Notes under the pieces: model-generated
Databases searched by the model: none
The model's input: the letters and a program-made list of their open reading frames with translations, nothing else
What the model was told of the DNA's origin: nothing
From: Candidatus Latescibacterota bacterium
Lineage (GTDB): Bacteria > Latescibacterota > UBA2968 > UBA8231
Direction: 5' to 3'
Length of the DNA stretch: 64,000 nucleotides
Assembly (NCBI GenBank): GCA_965217585.1
Contig: OZ244561.1
Coordinates: forward strand, 7,232,001 to 7,296,000
Shown here: piece after piece, positions 30,462 through 40,856 of the stretch
Position numbering within the stretch: the stretch's first letter is position 1
Layout: every line of letters begins with the position of its first letter
Program-made: the position numbers and the translations under genes

Positions 30462-31208
30462 TCACATCGCCATGCCGCCGTCCACGGACAAAACCTGACC
30501 GGTGATATAGGAGGCTTGATCCGACGCTAGGAACGCCACGGCGTGGGCCACGTCTTCTGGCGTCCCCGCGCGGCCCAGCGGCACCGTGGCAATCATCTGC
30601 TCCTGCTGCTGGTCCGTCAACCCGTCCGTCATGCCCGTTTCCGGCACCAGCCCCGGGGCCACGGCATTGGCGGTGATCCCGCGCGAGGCCAGCTCTCGCG
30701 CCAAGCTCTTAGTCAGACCGATCAACCCGGCCTTGGACGCGGCGTAGTTGGCTTGGCCAGCGTTGCCCAGCAAACCCACGACTGAAGTAATGTTGACGAT
30801 CCGCCCGCCGCGGGCCTTGAGCATGGGGCGCACCGCCGCCCGAACGCAATTGAAGGCACCTTTGAGGTTGATCGCCAAGACCTCGTCCCAATCCTCCTCT
30901 TTCATCCGCATCAGCAAATTGTCGCGGGTGACGCCGGCGTTGTTGACCAGCACATCCAGCCGGCCCAATTCCGCGATCGTCGCCGCCACCAACTCGGCCG
31001 CCTGCTCGGCGTCGGCGACATCGGCCTGACGCACGAGGCAGCGGCGGTCCAGTGCCTCAATGGCCGTGGCTACTTCGCCAGCCGCCGCAGTGTTGCGGGC
31101 GCAGATTGCCAAGTCCGCGCCCTCTGCGGCCAAGCGCAGGGCAATGGCCCGGCCAATGCCCCGCGACCCACCCGTCACCAGCGCGACTTTTCCGTCCAAG
31201 AGACCCAT
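30462..31208 (-). CDS. fabG: 3-oxoacyl-ACP reductase
   Basis: TGGSRGIG, NNAG, YAASK, VDGGM. Confidence 0.95.
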   Translation of the reverse strand: MGLLDGKVALVTGGSRGIGRAIALRLAAEGADLAICARNTAAAGEVATAIEALDRRCLVRQADVADAEQAAELVAATIAELGRLDVLVNNAGVTRDNLLMRMKEEDWDEVLAINLKGAFNCVRAAVRPMLKARGGRIVNITSVVGLLGNAGQANYAASKAGLIGLTKSLARELASRGITANAVAPGLVPETGMTDGLTDQQQEQMIATVPLGRAGTPEDVAHAVAFLASDQASYITGQVLSVDGGMAM

Positions 31209-31209
31209 A

Positions 31210-32139
31210 TTATTCCGCTCCTTTTGCGGCGGCGACTTCTTCAACGGTACCCGCCAGTGCGACCGCGAGCTTGGGCACGGTGCGACGCACCAGCCCCCTT
31301 ATCACAGCCCCCGGCCCCACTTCAAAAGCGCGGTTGATACCCATATCGGCCAGCCGGTGCATCGTCGCGTTCCAGCGAACCGGGCCAGTGATCTGATGGA
31401 TCAGGTGCAGTCGCAGTTTTTCTGGGTCTTCTACGGGTGCAGCCGAGACATTGGTCAACACCGGCACGCGCGGCCGCGCAAAGGGCACCGCCTGTAACAG
31501 CGACTCCATCTCCACGGCCGCCGACGCCATAAGTGGCGAGTGAAAAGCTCCACTGACGGCCAATTCGACGACGCGCCGAGCGCCGGCTTGGGTGGCCAAC
31601 TCGCCCACCCGTGTCACCGCGGCCCGCTCACCCGACACCACGACTTGGCCTGGAGCGTTAAAATTGGCGGCCACTACGATCCCCACATCGGCTACCTGTT
31701 GGCACAGGGCCATGACGTGGTCATCTTCCAAACCGATCACCGCCCCCATCGTCCCCGGCCACTCTCGGCCAGCTTCCTTCATCAACCTGCCACGCGTACC
31801 CACGAGTGTCAGGGCCTCCGCAAAGGAGAACACTCCGGCCGCCACCAGCGCTGAGTATTCCCCAAGGCTGTGTCCGGCTACGGCCACAGGCTGTAATCCG
31901 GCGGCGGCGAGCAATTCGCTAACGGCGACGCTGTGGACGAAGACGGCCGGCTGCGTAACGTTGGTTTGCGCCAGTTGCTCGACCGGCCCCTCAAAGCAAA
32001 GCGTACTGAGCGCAAAACCCAGCACCTCGTCGGCCTCGGCAAAGCGCACCCGCACCGACTCGTGCTGCTCGTAGAGGTCGCGGGCCATGCCCACCGCCTG
32101 CGAACCCTGTCCCGGAAACAAAAAGGCGCGCCCGCCCAT
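31210..32139 (-). CDS. fabD: Malonyl-CoA:ACP transacylase
   Basis: FPGQGSQ, GHSLGEY, AFHS. Confidence 0.95.
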   Translation of the reverse strand: MGGRAFLFPGQGSQAVGMARDLYEQHESVRVRFAEADEVLGFALSTLCFEGPVEQLAQTNVTQPAVFVHSVAVSELLAAAGLQPVAVAGHSLGEYSALVAAGVFSFAEALTLVGTRGRLMKEAGREWPGTMGAVIGLEDDHVMALCQQVADVGIVVAANFNAPGQVVVSGERAAVTRVGELATQAGARRVVELAVSGAFHSPLMASAAVEMESLLQAVPFARPRVPVLTNVSAAPVEDPEKLRLHLIHQITGPVRWNATMHRLADMGINRAFEVGPGAVIRGLVRRTVPKLAVALAGTVEEVAAAKGAE

Positions 32140-32140
32140 C

Positions 32141-33145
32141 TCAGTACCCCCAGCGAAATAGAGCGCTGCCCCAGGTGAGACCGCCGCCGACGCCACTCAT
32201 TAGCACTAAGTCGCCGCGCTCCAACCGGCCCTGGTCAGCGGCTTCTGCCAAAGCAATCGGAATCGTCGCGGCCGTGGTGTTGGCGTAGCGGTCGATATTG
32301 ATCATCACTTTTTCCGGAGGAAGATCCATGCGCTCAGCCGCGGCGTCGATGATGCGCTTGTTGGCTTGGTGCGGCACGAAGAGCTTGAGGTCGTCGCCCG
32401 TAAGGCCATTGCGCGCCAGCAGGCTGGCCGACACTTCGGCCATCTTTTTTACGGCGAACCGGAAGACCGTGCGCCCCTGCTGGCGGATGTAGTGCAGGCC
32501 CCCATCTACGGTCTCGTACGAGGGAGGATACAGGCTGCCGCCCCCTTTGATGTGCAGGCATTCGACGTCAGAGCCGTCAGAGTATAGCTCGAAGTCGATC
32601 AGGCCGGCCCCGTCCTCGCCGCGCTCCAACAACACTCCACCAGCCCCATCGCCGAACAACACGCAGGTCGAGCGATCTTGGAAGTCGAGTATCGTACTCA
32701 TTTTGTCGGCACCGATGACCATCACCCGGCGATGGGCACCGCTTTCGATGAACTGGGCCCCCGTCGCCACGGCGAAGACAAAGCCGGAACAAGCCGCCGA
32801 CAAGTCGTAGGCCCAGGCCCGGCTAGCACCGATGGCGTGTTGCACCAAGCAGGCCGTCGCCGGAAAGATCATGTCTGGCGTAATGGTCGCGACGATGATC
32901 AGGTCGAGGTCGGCGGCGGCGATTCCACGACGCGCCAACAGCTCGTGGGCCACGGCGTTGGCCATAGTGGAGGTCGGCGCGTCCGCTGGCAGGAAGCGCC
33001 GCTCGGCAATGCCAGTGCGCGTGCGGATCCACTCGTCCGAGGTGTTTACCACCTGCTCCATATCGGCGTTGGTGACCACCTTGTCGGGCAGGAAGTGCGC
33101 TGTTGCCGTAATGGCCGCGCGAATTTTTTTCTCCCCTTCAGCCAC
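32141..33145 (-). CDS. fabH: 3-oxoacyl-ACP synthase III
   Basis: AACSGF, FGDGAG, PHQAN, ANT, GGGLTWG; likely GTG start at 33145. Confidence 0.93.
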   Translation of the reverse strand: MAEGEKKIRAAITATAHFLPDKVVTNADMEQVVNTSDEWIRTRTGIAERRFLPADAPTSTMANAVAHELLARRGIAAADLDLIIVATITPDMIFPATACLVQHAIGASRAWAYDLSAACSGFVFAVATGAQFIESGAHRRVMVIGADKMSTILDFQDRSTCVLFGDGAGGVLLERGEDGAGLIDFELYSDGSDVECLHIKGGGSLYPPSYETVDGGLHYIRQQGRTVFRFAVKKMAEVSASLLARNGLTGDDLKLFVPHQANKRIIDAAAERMDLPPEKVMINIDRYANTTAATIPIALAEAADQGRLERGDLVLMSGVGGGLTWGSALFRWGY

Positions 33146-33167
33146 GCAAGCATCCGCCCCGAGCAGC

Positions 33168-33350
33168 CTACACTTCAGGCTCGACGTATTCGCGGCCTCG
33201 ATAGAAGCCGCAGCTCGGGCAGACGCGATGGGGCAGGGCGGCTTGTCCACAGTGGGAGCAAGTACTCCTTGCCGCCGCCTTGATCTTCCAGTGAGTGCGC
33301 CGCTTGTCGCGGCGGGTGCGCGAAATTCTTCTCTTAGGTACTGCAGCCAC
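33168..33350 (-). CDS. rpmF: 50S ribosomal protein L32
   Basis: AVPKRRIS...CSHC...HRVCPSCGFY. Confidence 0.95.
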   Translation of the reverse strand: MAAVPKRRISRTRRDKRRTHWKIKAAARSTCSHCGQAALPHRVCPSCGFYRGREYVEPEV

Positions 33351-33362
33351 AGGGAACTCCTC

Positions 33363-33902
33363 TCAAGAACCTTCTTTGGGTTGCGAAAATTCGATCTGCG
33401 CGAGGGCGGCCCAACGCGGGTCGGCTCCTCTTTCCTCTTCGGCGGTGGATTCGTCGGCCCCGTCAACTCCGCAGTGCGGGCACCGCCCATCGGCGTCCGG
33501 GGTGGGTATTCGCATCGGCAAGTCCAAGATCACGGATTCGCGGATGTACGCACGCAAATCGACCTCGCGCGTCCCGGGATCGACGATCTCAATGAACCCG
33601 TCTTGTTCGGCCGACGCTAGCTCTTCAGGGCTAGCTTGGCGGCGCTGCAAGAGCAAGCGGAACCGCGCCGAGACCCCTTCTTGTACTTCCTCTAGACAGC
33701 GATAGCACTCGCCGGCGATGCGGCAGGTGATGACCCCGTCGATTCTGAAGTTGTTGAGGGCACGACGCACCTCGACGCGGACTTCAACGATGGAGGGAAA
33801 GGCAAAAAATTCGTCTTTTAGCTCCAGTTCCTCTGCACGTAGCTCAAAGGAGAGCGCATTGGGTCCCTCTGCGAGATCGTCGAGTACTAGCAAGGCGCTC
33901 AT
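33363..33902 (-). CDS. yceD: DUF177/YceD family protein
   Basis: CYRCL, CPHCG, DPRWAAL; upstream of rpmF. Confidence 0.88.
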   Translation of the reverse strand: MSALLVLDDLAEGPNALSFELRAEELELKDEFFAFPSIVEVRVEVRRALNNFRIDGVITCRIAGECYRCLEEVQEGVSARFRLLLQRRQASPEELASAEQDGFIEIVDPGTREVDLRAYIRESVILDLPMRIPTPDADGRCPHCGVDGADESTAEEERGADPRWAALAQIEFSQPKEGS

Positions 33903-33909
33903 GGCGTGT

Positions 33910-34311
33910 TCAGTCGGCGAAGAAAAACGCGATCTCAGACTCGGCGTTGGCCGCTGAGTCCGAGGCGTGGACGGCGTTGCATTGTACGTCCGTGCCGAAG
34001 TCGCCGCGAATCGTGCCGGCAGGTGCCTCCAAGCTGTTGGTCGGACCGATAAAATCGCGCAGATGTGCCACCGCGTCGGCGCGCTCTAGCACCATCGGCA
34101 CCGCCGGCCCCGAGGTCATAAATTCCACCAGTTCGCCGTAGAAGGGCCGCTCCTGATGCACGGCGTAGAAGGCACCCGCCCGCTCGGCGGATAGCTCGAC
34201 CATGCGCAGCGCGCGCACGACGAACCCCTCGCCCTCGACGCGGGCAATAATCTGGCCGATGGCGTTTTTGGCGACCGCATCGGGCTTGATGATCATCAAC
34301 GTGCGTTCCAT
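33910..34311 (-). CDS. ndk: Nucleoside diphosphate kinase
   Basis: IIKPDA, GTIRGDFG, NAVHASDS. Confidence 0.95.
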   Translation of the reverse strand: MERTLMIIKPDAVAKNAIGQIIARVEGEGFVVRALRMVELSAERAGAFYAVHQERPFYGELVEFMTSGPAVPMVLERADAVAHLRDFIGPTNSLEAPAGTIRGDFGTDVQCNAVHASDSAANAESEIAFFFAD

Positions 34312-34365
34312 AAAAAAAATATTATTTCCTCAGCAAGTGCGTCCTCTAGTCAAACAAAATTTTGA

Positions 34366-34394
34366 AAGATAGGAGCCAATCGGTTTTGTGTCAA
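34366..34394 (-). promoter_or_regulatory. Sigma70-type promoter for the ndk-fab operon
   Basis: Minus strand TTGACA-17 bp-TATCTT. Confidence 0.65.
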
Positions 34395-34458
34395 TGGACG
34401 ACCCGCGCAACAAAATGCCCTAAGTATCGCTTTCATAATGAGTTCGGCGCATATTTTC

Positions 34459-34487
34459 TTGACAGGGTAACAGGCCCTTCCTAGATT
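34459..34487 (+). promoter_or_regulatory. Sigma70-type promoter for the HD-domain gene (near-leaderless)
   Basis: TTGACA-17 bp-TAGATT, 10 nt upstream of ATG 34498. Confidence 0.65.
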
Positions 34488-34497
34488 GGCCAATGCT

Positions 34498-35841
34498 ATG
34501 GATCATCCGCTTTTAGCCGAAGAAGGCAAGGTCATCCGCGACCCGGTTTGGGGCTACATTCACTTCCCTGATCCCGTCCTCGCCCTCGTCGATACCCGGG
34601 CCTTCCAGCGCCTGCGCAACATCACCCAACTCGGCTACGTGCATCTGGTGTACCCAGGGGCGCGCCACTCCCGCTTTGAGCACTCGCTGGGCGTCTATCA
34701 CTTGGCCAAGCAGTTTTTGGCCCGTCTCCTCGACTCGGACCCGCCCCTCGTGCTGAGCGACGAGGACGTGCGCGTCTTTATCGCCGCTACCTTGCTCCAC
34801 GACATCGGCCACTACCCCTTCTCGCATACCCTCGAAGAGCTAAGGCCCTTTTTTATCCGGCACGAAGAAGGCGCGAGGCAGATCATTGAGGACCAAGACG
34901 GCGAACTCTACCAGACAATCGCCGATAAGTTCCAGATTGATCCGGTACGCGTGGCCAACGTCATCGACTACGAAAACAGCGGCCGCGTGGTTTCCCCCGA
35001 GGACCTGCTGCTGGCCAATATCCTCAGCAGCACCCTCGACCCCGACAAAATCGACTATCTCCTGCGCGATTCCATGTTCTGCGGCGTACCCTTCGGCGAG
35101 AGCGTCAACCGCGACCGCCTGATCGCCTCCATCAAGTTCGACCCTGAGCGCAAGCGGCTAGCCATCACCAGTAAGGGCGTTTCCGCGGTTGAAGCCCTAG
35201 TCTTTACCAACTATCAAATGTACCGCAACGTGTACTGGCACCACGGGGTGCGCTCGGCGTCGGCCATGTTCAAGCGCGCCGTGCAAGAGATCCTCCTCCA
35301 TCCGCACAACCGGCTCGACTTCTCCGATTTTCACCGCCTCACCGAGAGTGGGCTGATCGCTCGCCTCCAGCACGAGCAGCAGCGCCTAGGGCTGGCAACC
35401 TCCGCCCAGCTCCTCGAAGGCACGGTTCATCGCCGCCTCTACAAGGTCGGCGCCGTCATCCACCCCAGCGAGCGCACCCAGCCCCTGATGCACGGCCTCG
35501 ACTTTCTCTTCCGCCATCCCTACAAGCGCCGCGCCAAGGAAATCGAGCTGTGCCAAGTCTTCGGCCAACGGCTCGGCCGCACGCTCCAAGGCCACGAGAT
35601 CCTCATCGACATCCCCAGCTTCAACAAGACCCCCGAAGTCGATCTCAGAGTCTTCTACGGCCGCACGCTTCCCGCCGACAAGACCGACCCCCTGACCTTT
35701 GCCGATCCAGAGGTCTCCCGCCTGCGCGACTCGCTGCTGCACAACTTCGAGGACCAAGCCAAAATCTTCCGCATCTTCTGCGTTGACGACCCCGACCTGC
35801 GCGAGTTGGTGGGCAAAGAGGCCAAGCAGTATCTCAGTTGA
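34498..35841 (+). CDS. HD-domain phosphohydrolase (SAMHD1/dNTP triphosphohydrolase-like)
   Basis: RDPVWG, FQRLR..QLG, HSRFEHSLG, LLHDIGH, DPDKIDY, VYWH. Confidence 0.88.
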   Translation: MDHPLLAEEGKVIRDPVWGYIHFPDPVLALVDTRAFQRLRNITQLGYVHLVYPGARHSRFEHSLGVYHLAKQFLARLLDSDPPLVLSDEDVRVFIAATLLHDIGHYPFSHTLEELRPFFIRHEEGARQIIEDQDGELYQTIADKFQIDPVRVANVIDYENSGRVVSPEDLLLANILSSTLDPDKIDYLLRDSMFCGVPFGESVNRDRLIASIKFDPERKRLAITSKGVSAVEALVFTNYQMYRNVYWHHGVRSASAMFKRAVQEILLHPHNRLDFSDFHRLTESGLIARLQHEQQRLGLATSAQLLEGTVHRRLYKVGAVIHPSERTQPLMHGLDFLFRHPYKRRAKEIELCQVFGQRLGRTLQGHEILIDIPSFNKTPEVDLRVFYGRTLPADKTDPLTFADPEVSRLRDSLLHNFEDQAKIFRIFCVDDPDLRELVGKEAKQYLS

Positions 35842-35889
35842 CGAGCTGAATTCCCTGTCAAACGCCACATTGTTGCGAGGAGCTATCCG

Positions 35890-37975
35890 ATGATACGCTC
35901 AATTGCCAGCCGGAAAGCGATTGCCTCCATATTTACAGCGGCATGGTCGATCTTTGGAGCACAAAGCGGCTACGGCCAGCCGCCGGTTGAGGAGGGCAAG
36001 ATATACTGGACTCACCCAGAGAGCGGCATCCATCGCTCTAGTTTAGACGGCTCCAATCTCGAACCGCTCGTCATCCCAGATTTAAGGAGTCCGGACAAGA
36101 TCGCTCTGGATATAGCCGGGGGGAAAATGTACTGGACGGAAAGGGCGGTGGCTGGCATCCATCGGTCTGACCTAGACGGCTCCAACTTCGAAACGCTCGT
36201 GGAAGGACATGGCTCCCCAGGATGGAACTGGATAATAGACATTGCTCTGGACGTAGCTGGAGGCAAAATATACTGGATGGAGTTCGTCTCAGCCGGTGAC
36301 TATCACTTTGATATCCTTGCACGGGCCAATCTCGACGGTTCTAATATCGAAAGGCTCTTTGGAGGGGCTTATACAGGGGACATTGCTCTGGATTTGGTCA
36401 GAGGTAAAGTGTACTGGACGGACTCTGGTGCCATCGTGCAGACAGACCTCTCTCACTTCGACGGCGCAGACTTCAACTATGAATACATAGATGAATATTA
36501 TGTATATATTATCCTAATCAGGATCTTCTAGTATTGCTCTCGACTCGGACGGAGGCAAAATATATTGGACGGACGCGGACACAGGGATGATCTATCGAGC
36601 CGACCTCGACGGCCAAAACCGCGAAGAAGTCCTCACCGTATCCGATGGCTACCCCGAAGAAATCATCATCCTCGATGTGGACGGAGGCAAAATATACTGG
36701 ACCAATCCGGGCACGCAGACGATCCAGCGAGCCGACCTCGACGGCCAAAACCGCGAACCCTTCTTCGACTTAGGCCAACTCCATCTCATGGAATCCCTAG
36801 CAGGCGTCGCCCTTGATTTAGACGGGGGCAAGATATATTGGACGGACGAGGATCTGAAAAATAGGAACTGGGGGACAGGGACTATTCAGCGGGCCGACTT
36901 GGACGGCCAAAACCGCGAAGTGCTGTTCGATCCAATCGTGAGAAGACCACACGGCATTGCCCTAGGCATAGACAAGATGTACTGGACCGACACGGTGAAG
37001 GGGACGATTCATCAAGCCGATCTAAACGGCCAAAACCGCGAAGTGCTGGTAACCGGGTTGGATGAGCCGAGGGGCATTGCCCTGACAGCCGGGAGCAAAA
37101 TATACTGGGCCGACTCGGGAACAGGAAAAATTCAGGCGGCTGGCTTGGACGGCTCACAGATTGAGGACATCGTCATTGGGTTGGATCATCCATATACCAT
37201 CGCTTTGGATAGAGGCCAATCCAAAATTTACTGGACGGAGTCTGATAATTATCAGCGGGGTACATCCCAGCTTTTCCGCTCCGACTTGGATGGCTCGCAC
37301 ATTGAAGATCTCTCAATATCAACAGTGGCTTTCTCGAACATCGCCTTAGACGAGGATAGAGCCAAAATCTACTGGACGGGTACGGGTAGCGATGACATCT
37401 CCCGCTCGGACTTGGATGGCTCACACATCGAAAAATTCGACGTCCTTGACTGGGCACATTCGATAGGAGCCATCGCTCTGGACCTCATTGGGAACAAGAT
37501 GTATTGGACGGCCTTGTTCGTCGACCCGCCCTCCGGCGGTTCATATTTGCAAATTTACCGTTCCAACTTGGATGGCTCCAATGTCGAACACATCCTCTTC
37601 GGGGAGACAGACAGATACGGTCCCCCCACCGGCATCGCCTTGGACATCTCCCACCCGACTTTCGTTTCAACGCCCGTAACCACGCCGACAATACCGACCA
37701 CCACCAGCCTAGACCCCAACTTCCCCAACCCCTTCAACGCCAGCACCCAGATCGCCTACCGCCTCGCCACCCCCGGCTCGGTGCGGCTGGAAATCTACAA
37801 TGTCTTGGGCCAGCCCGTGCGCACGCTAGTGCACCAGTTCCAGCCCGCCGGCTTCTACCAAGTCCGCTGGGACGCCCGCGACCAGCGGGGCGCTGCGGTG
37901 GCGGCCGGCGTCTATCTCACCCGCCTGCGCCACCCCGACGGAGCGCAGACGCGGCGGTTGCTCTACCTCAAGTAG
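35890..37975 (+). pseudogene. LDL-receptor-like YWTD repeat surface protein with C-terminal FlgD-like domain, split by a frameshift near 36517
   Basis: Repeated IALD..GGKIYWT..I.RADLDG units in ORFs 35890-36531 and 36587-37975; the repeat continues in the +1 frame (SGSSSIALDSDGGKIYWT); NFPNPFN tail. Confidence 0.85.
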
Positions 37976-38072
37976 CCAGCCGGAAGCGACTACTATTTCT
38001 TGCAGATCTAACGCGGTGGGGGCAAGCCTGGTGGGCCGACTCGGACCTAGCCTCGGGATTGCACTTACTTGG

Positions 38073-39227
38073 TTATCGGGCTTGCAGGGTGTACTGCGGG
38101 ATCTTCAGCAGTTCACCGTCCTTCAGCGCCGACTCGTGAGCGACGATGCCGCTGACCGTCATGTTAAGTGCTTGGGCCACGTCGATGAGGGGCGTGCGGT
38201 CCAGCAGGATCGCCTCGACGAACTCGCACATCAGGTAGCCGTGGGAGCCGCCGTGCGCGCCGGCCTCCACCCCCGGAGGAAGAGGTGGGCGCTTGAATGT
38301 TGCCGGCACAGGGTCCTGCCCGTCATTCTGGAACGTGCCGTAGAAGGTCCCCTTCTCCGTGCGAATCCGGCCCGTCTCCCCGCCGACACCCGGCGTGTCC
38401 CAGCTAACCGCCATCCGAGCCATGCCGCCATCGCTGGTGCGAAATAGCGCGATTTCGGTGCCAAACGGGTTGCCGTAGCGGTTGTTTGCAGCCTTCAGAT
38501 GATCGACGCTGCTGGGCACGCCCATACAGGAAACCTCGGTGAAGCTCCCGCCGGTGACGCCCACGTAGTAAGCATTGGAGTGCGTGGGATACCATTGCGG
38601 GGGACACCCGGTGCGCCAGCCCTCGTGCGCGGCCAGCGGCGTCGGGAAGTAGTGCCAGTATTCACCCTCTGCATAGACGACTTTTCCCAGCGCGCCGGCT
38701 CGGTACAACTCCCGCATGTTATAGAGATCTTCGTGGAAGTACGAGGTTTCGAACATCATGTAGCTGCGATCGGCAGTCTTGGCGGCGGCGAAAAGCGCAT
38801 CCGCATCCTCCAGTGATCCCCACACGGCGGGCACGGCCGATGCAACGTGTTTGCCGGCTTTGAGCGCGGCGACGGCCAGCCGGGCATGGCTCGGGGCGTC
38901 GGTGGCAACGAAAACGGCCTCGAGCGAGTCGTCCTCGATCAAGTCTTCGCACGAGGAATAAGCGGTCGCACAGCGGCATGCTCTGGCCAGTTCGGCCCGC
39001 TTGTCGGGGTCCAGTTCGGCAACCGCGGCGACGGTCACATTCGGGTGGTCCTGGAAGTGGAAGGCCGCACCGAAATTGCACACGCCATACCCGGCGATAC
39101 CTACGCGAATCACGCGGTCGGACACGGGCTGCCAGTTCTTCGACGCCTCGTAGTCAGTAACTGTCTTCTCGAAACCCTGGATCGGGACGGCCTCCACTGT
39201 CGGTTCCGGACCACTCTTCTGGTTCAT
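38073..39227 (-). CDS. Gfo/Idh/MocA family oxidoreductase
   Basis: VGIAGYG, EAVFVATDAPSH, GKHVASAVP, YPTH, GAHGGSH. Confidence 0.85.
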   Translation of the reverse strand: MNQKSGPEPTVEAVPIQGFEKTVTDYEASKNWQPVSDRVIRVGIAGYGVCNFGAAFHFQDHPNVTVAAVAELDPDKRAELARACRCATAYSSCEDLIEDDSLEAVFVATDAPSHARLAVAALKAGKHVASAVPAVWGSLEDADALFAAAKTADRSYMMFETSYFHEDLYNMRELYRAGALGKVVYAEGEYWHYFPTPLAAHEGWRTGCPPQWYPTHSNAYYVGVTGGSFTEVSCMGVPSSVDHLKAANNRYGNPFGTEIALFRTSDGGMARMAVSWDTPGVGGETGRIRTEKGTFYGTFQNDGQDPVPATFKRPPLPPGVEAGAHGGSHGYLMCEFVEAILLDRTPLIDVAQALNMTVSGIVAHESALKDGELLKIPQYTLQAR

Positions 39228-39290
39228 TTTTTCTCCTTCAGGGTCCCAACCCTCGCTGCGGGAGCGGGGCCTCAAATCGGAGGCACCGAC

Positions 39291-40745
39291 TCAGGCGATG
39301 TCGGGCAGCCAGATGCGGTTCTCACGTGCTTCGAGGAAGCCCTGGTTGGTCGGCTTGAGCTTCCAGATCTCGATTCTGCGGATCTTGGTCGGGTCGTTGC
39401 TGCGGCCGAAGAAGGCGTATGCGCTCAGACCCCTGCCTCCGTCTCGGTAGGTCATGTGGGCAGTCAATGCCGCCTGACGGCCATTGGCGAAAACCTCGAC
39501 GAGATACTTGTCGACGAAGATGCGCAGCTCGACATCCTCCCCTGCGGGAAGATCGGCCACGGCAAACGGTACCTCGGTTTCGCCAAGGCAGATGGTGCCG
39601 GACTCGGGACGAATCAGCACCAAGAGGCCCTCGTCGGTGCCGCCGGCGAACAGCCGAAAGCCGAAGCGCCGGCGCTCGGCCGCCGCCCGGTCCATCGCGA
39701 TGCGCACCTCGAACGCGTCCGCCTCGATCTCGGCGATGTGCTGCTCTTCGGGAGGAGTCACCATCAGGTCGTCGAACGCCATCTCGTCGTAGCGGAGCGA
39801 TTCGAGCTCGCGCAACGGTTGGATGCGCAGGCTGTCGTCCTCGTCAAGGCTCAGCTCGCGCGGCAACGACTGGATCGACTTGAGTTCGATCGCCGGATCG
39901 AGGGTTCTGAGCCAAGTCCACATCACGCGGCGACCATCTGCAGTCAGCACGCTTTCCGGCGCGAAAAAGTCCTGGTACACAAGGTCTGTGAGCGACTGCC
40001 CCGGATGCCTCCAGTTCATGCGCCCGTGCGCATCGGGGACGAATTGCTCGGCCTCGGCGTCCCAGTCGCCTAAGTAGTAGCGGCAACCGATCATGTGGCT
40101 GATGCAGAGCAACATCCACTTCTTCCCGATCGGGAAGAAGTTGGCGCAGGACACGTCCTCGCCGATGGCGACGTCCGGCATGTCGCGCTGCATGAAGGGA
40201 CCGACGTACGTCCAGTTGACGAGGTCGGTTGACTTGCACAGTTGAACACCGTCGGCAGCGGAAAAGGCGTAATAGGTGTCGCCGACGCGAAAGCAGTCGG
40301 GATCCGCAAGCAGGGGAAGGTCAATTCCGCCGGGGCCCCCTCTGGGAAGGATCGGATAGGGTTTCTCCCAGTCGCTGAGCTGCCTGTCCTTAGCGACTGC
40401 GATGTAGGAGTGCGGCGGATCTGACAGGCCAGCGTAGATGGCCGCGGGCTTTCCCTCCTTAGTGATGAACCCGGTACCGCTGAAGGTCCCGTGGCCAATA
40501 AAAGAGGGCTGCAGTTTGGTGGGCTGCCACGTCCAGTGCAGCATGTCGGGGCTGGTGACGTGGACAAAGGAGTAGGAAATCCCATCCTGCCAGGGGTGTT
40601 GCAGGATGTAGTGCAGGTGGTAGATGCCGTCGAGACAGAAGGCGAGGTTGGGATCGCCCGGTGCGCTGTCTCCGCCCGGATGCATCAGGTGGTAGTTGAG
40701 TGCCATTTCGTCGGAGATAATCGTCTCCTCATCCGGTTCCATCAC
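39291..40745 (-). CDS. Glycoside hydrolase family 32-like protein
   Basis: PGDPN, FSGTG, ADP, SCANFFP, SLPREL, VEVFAN; canonical RDP/EC motifs appear altered. Confidence 0.75.
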   Translation of the reverse strand: MMEPDEETIISDEMALNYHLMHPGGDSAPGDPNLAFCLDGIYHLHYILQHPWQDGISYSFVHVTSPDMLHWTWQPTKLQPSFIGHGTFSGTGFITKEGKPAAIYAGLSDPPHSYIAVAKDRQLSDWEKPYPILPRGGPGGIDLPLLADPDCFRVGDTYYAFSAADGVQLCKSTDLVNWTYVGPFMQRDMPDVAIGEDVSCANFFPIGKKWMLLCISHMIGCRYYLGDWDAEAEQFVPDAHGRMNWRHPGQSLTDLVYQDFFAPESVLTADGRRVMWTWLRTLDPAIELKSIQSLPRELSLDEDDSLRIQPLRELESLRYDEMAFDDLMVTPPEEQHIAEIEADAFEVRIAMDRAAAERRRFGFRLFAGGTDEGLLVLIRPESGTICLGETEVPFAVADLPAGEDVELRIFVDKYLVEVFANGRQAALTAHMTYRDGGRGLSAYAFFGRSNDPTKIRRIEIWKLKPTNQGFLEARENRIWLPDIA

Positions 40746-40856
40746 TGTCTCCTACTCTAGTTCGCACGTACCTTTGTCCCGCACATAGTCCACCCACAGT
40801 AGCCCGAGTTCATTCCACGTGGCACGGATTAGGAACGATAAACCCGAATATAGGTG

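Noticed and set aside
37975-38060. Short echo of the YWTD 5' region (GCCAGCCGGAAGCGA vs 35905)
   Set aside because: About 15 nt with an indel; it might be a leader remnant but cannot be supported.
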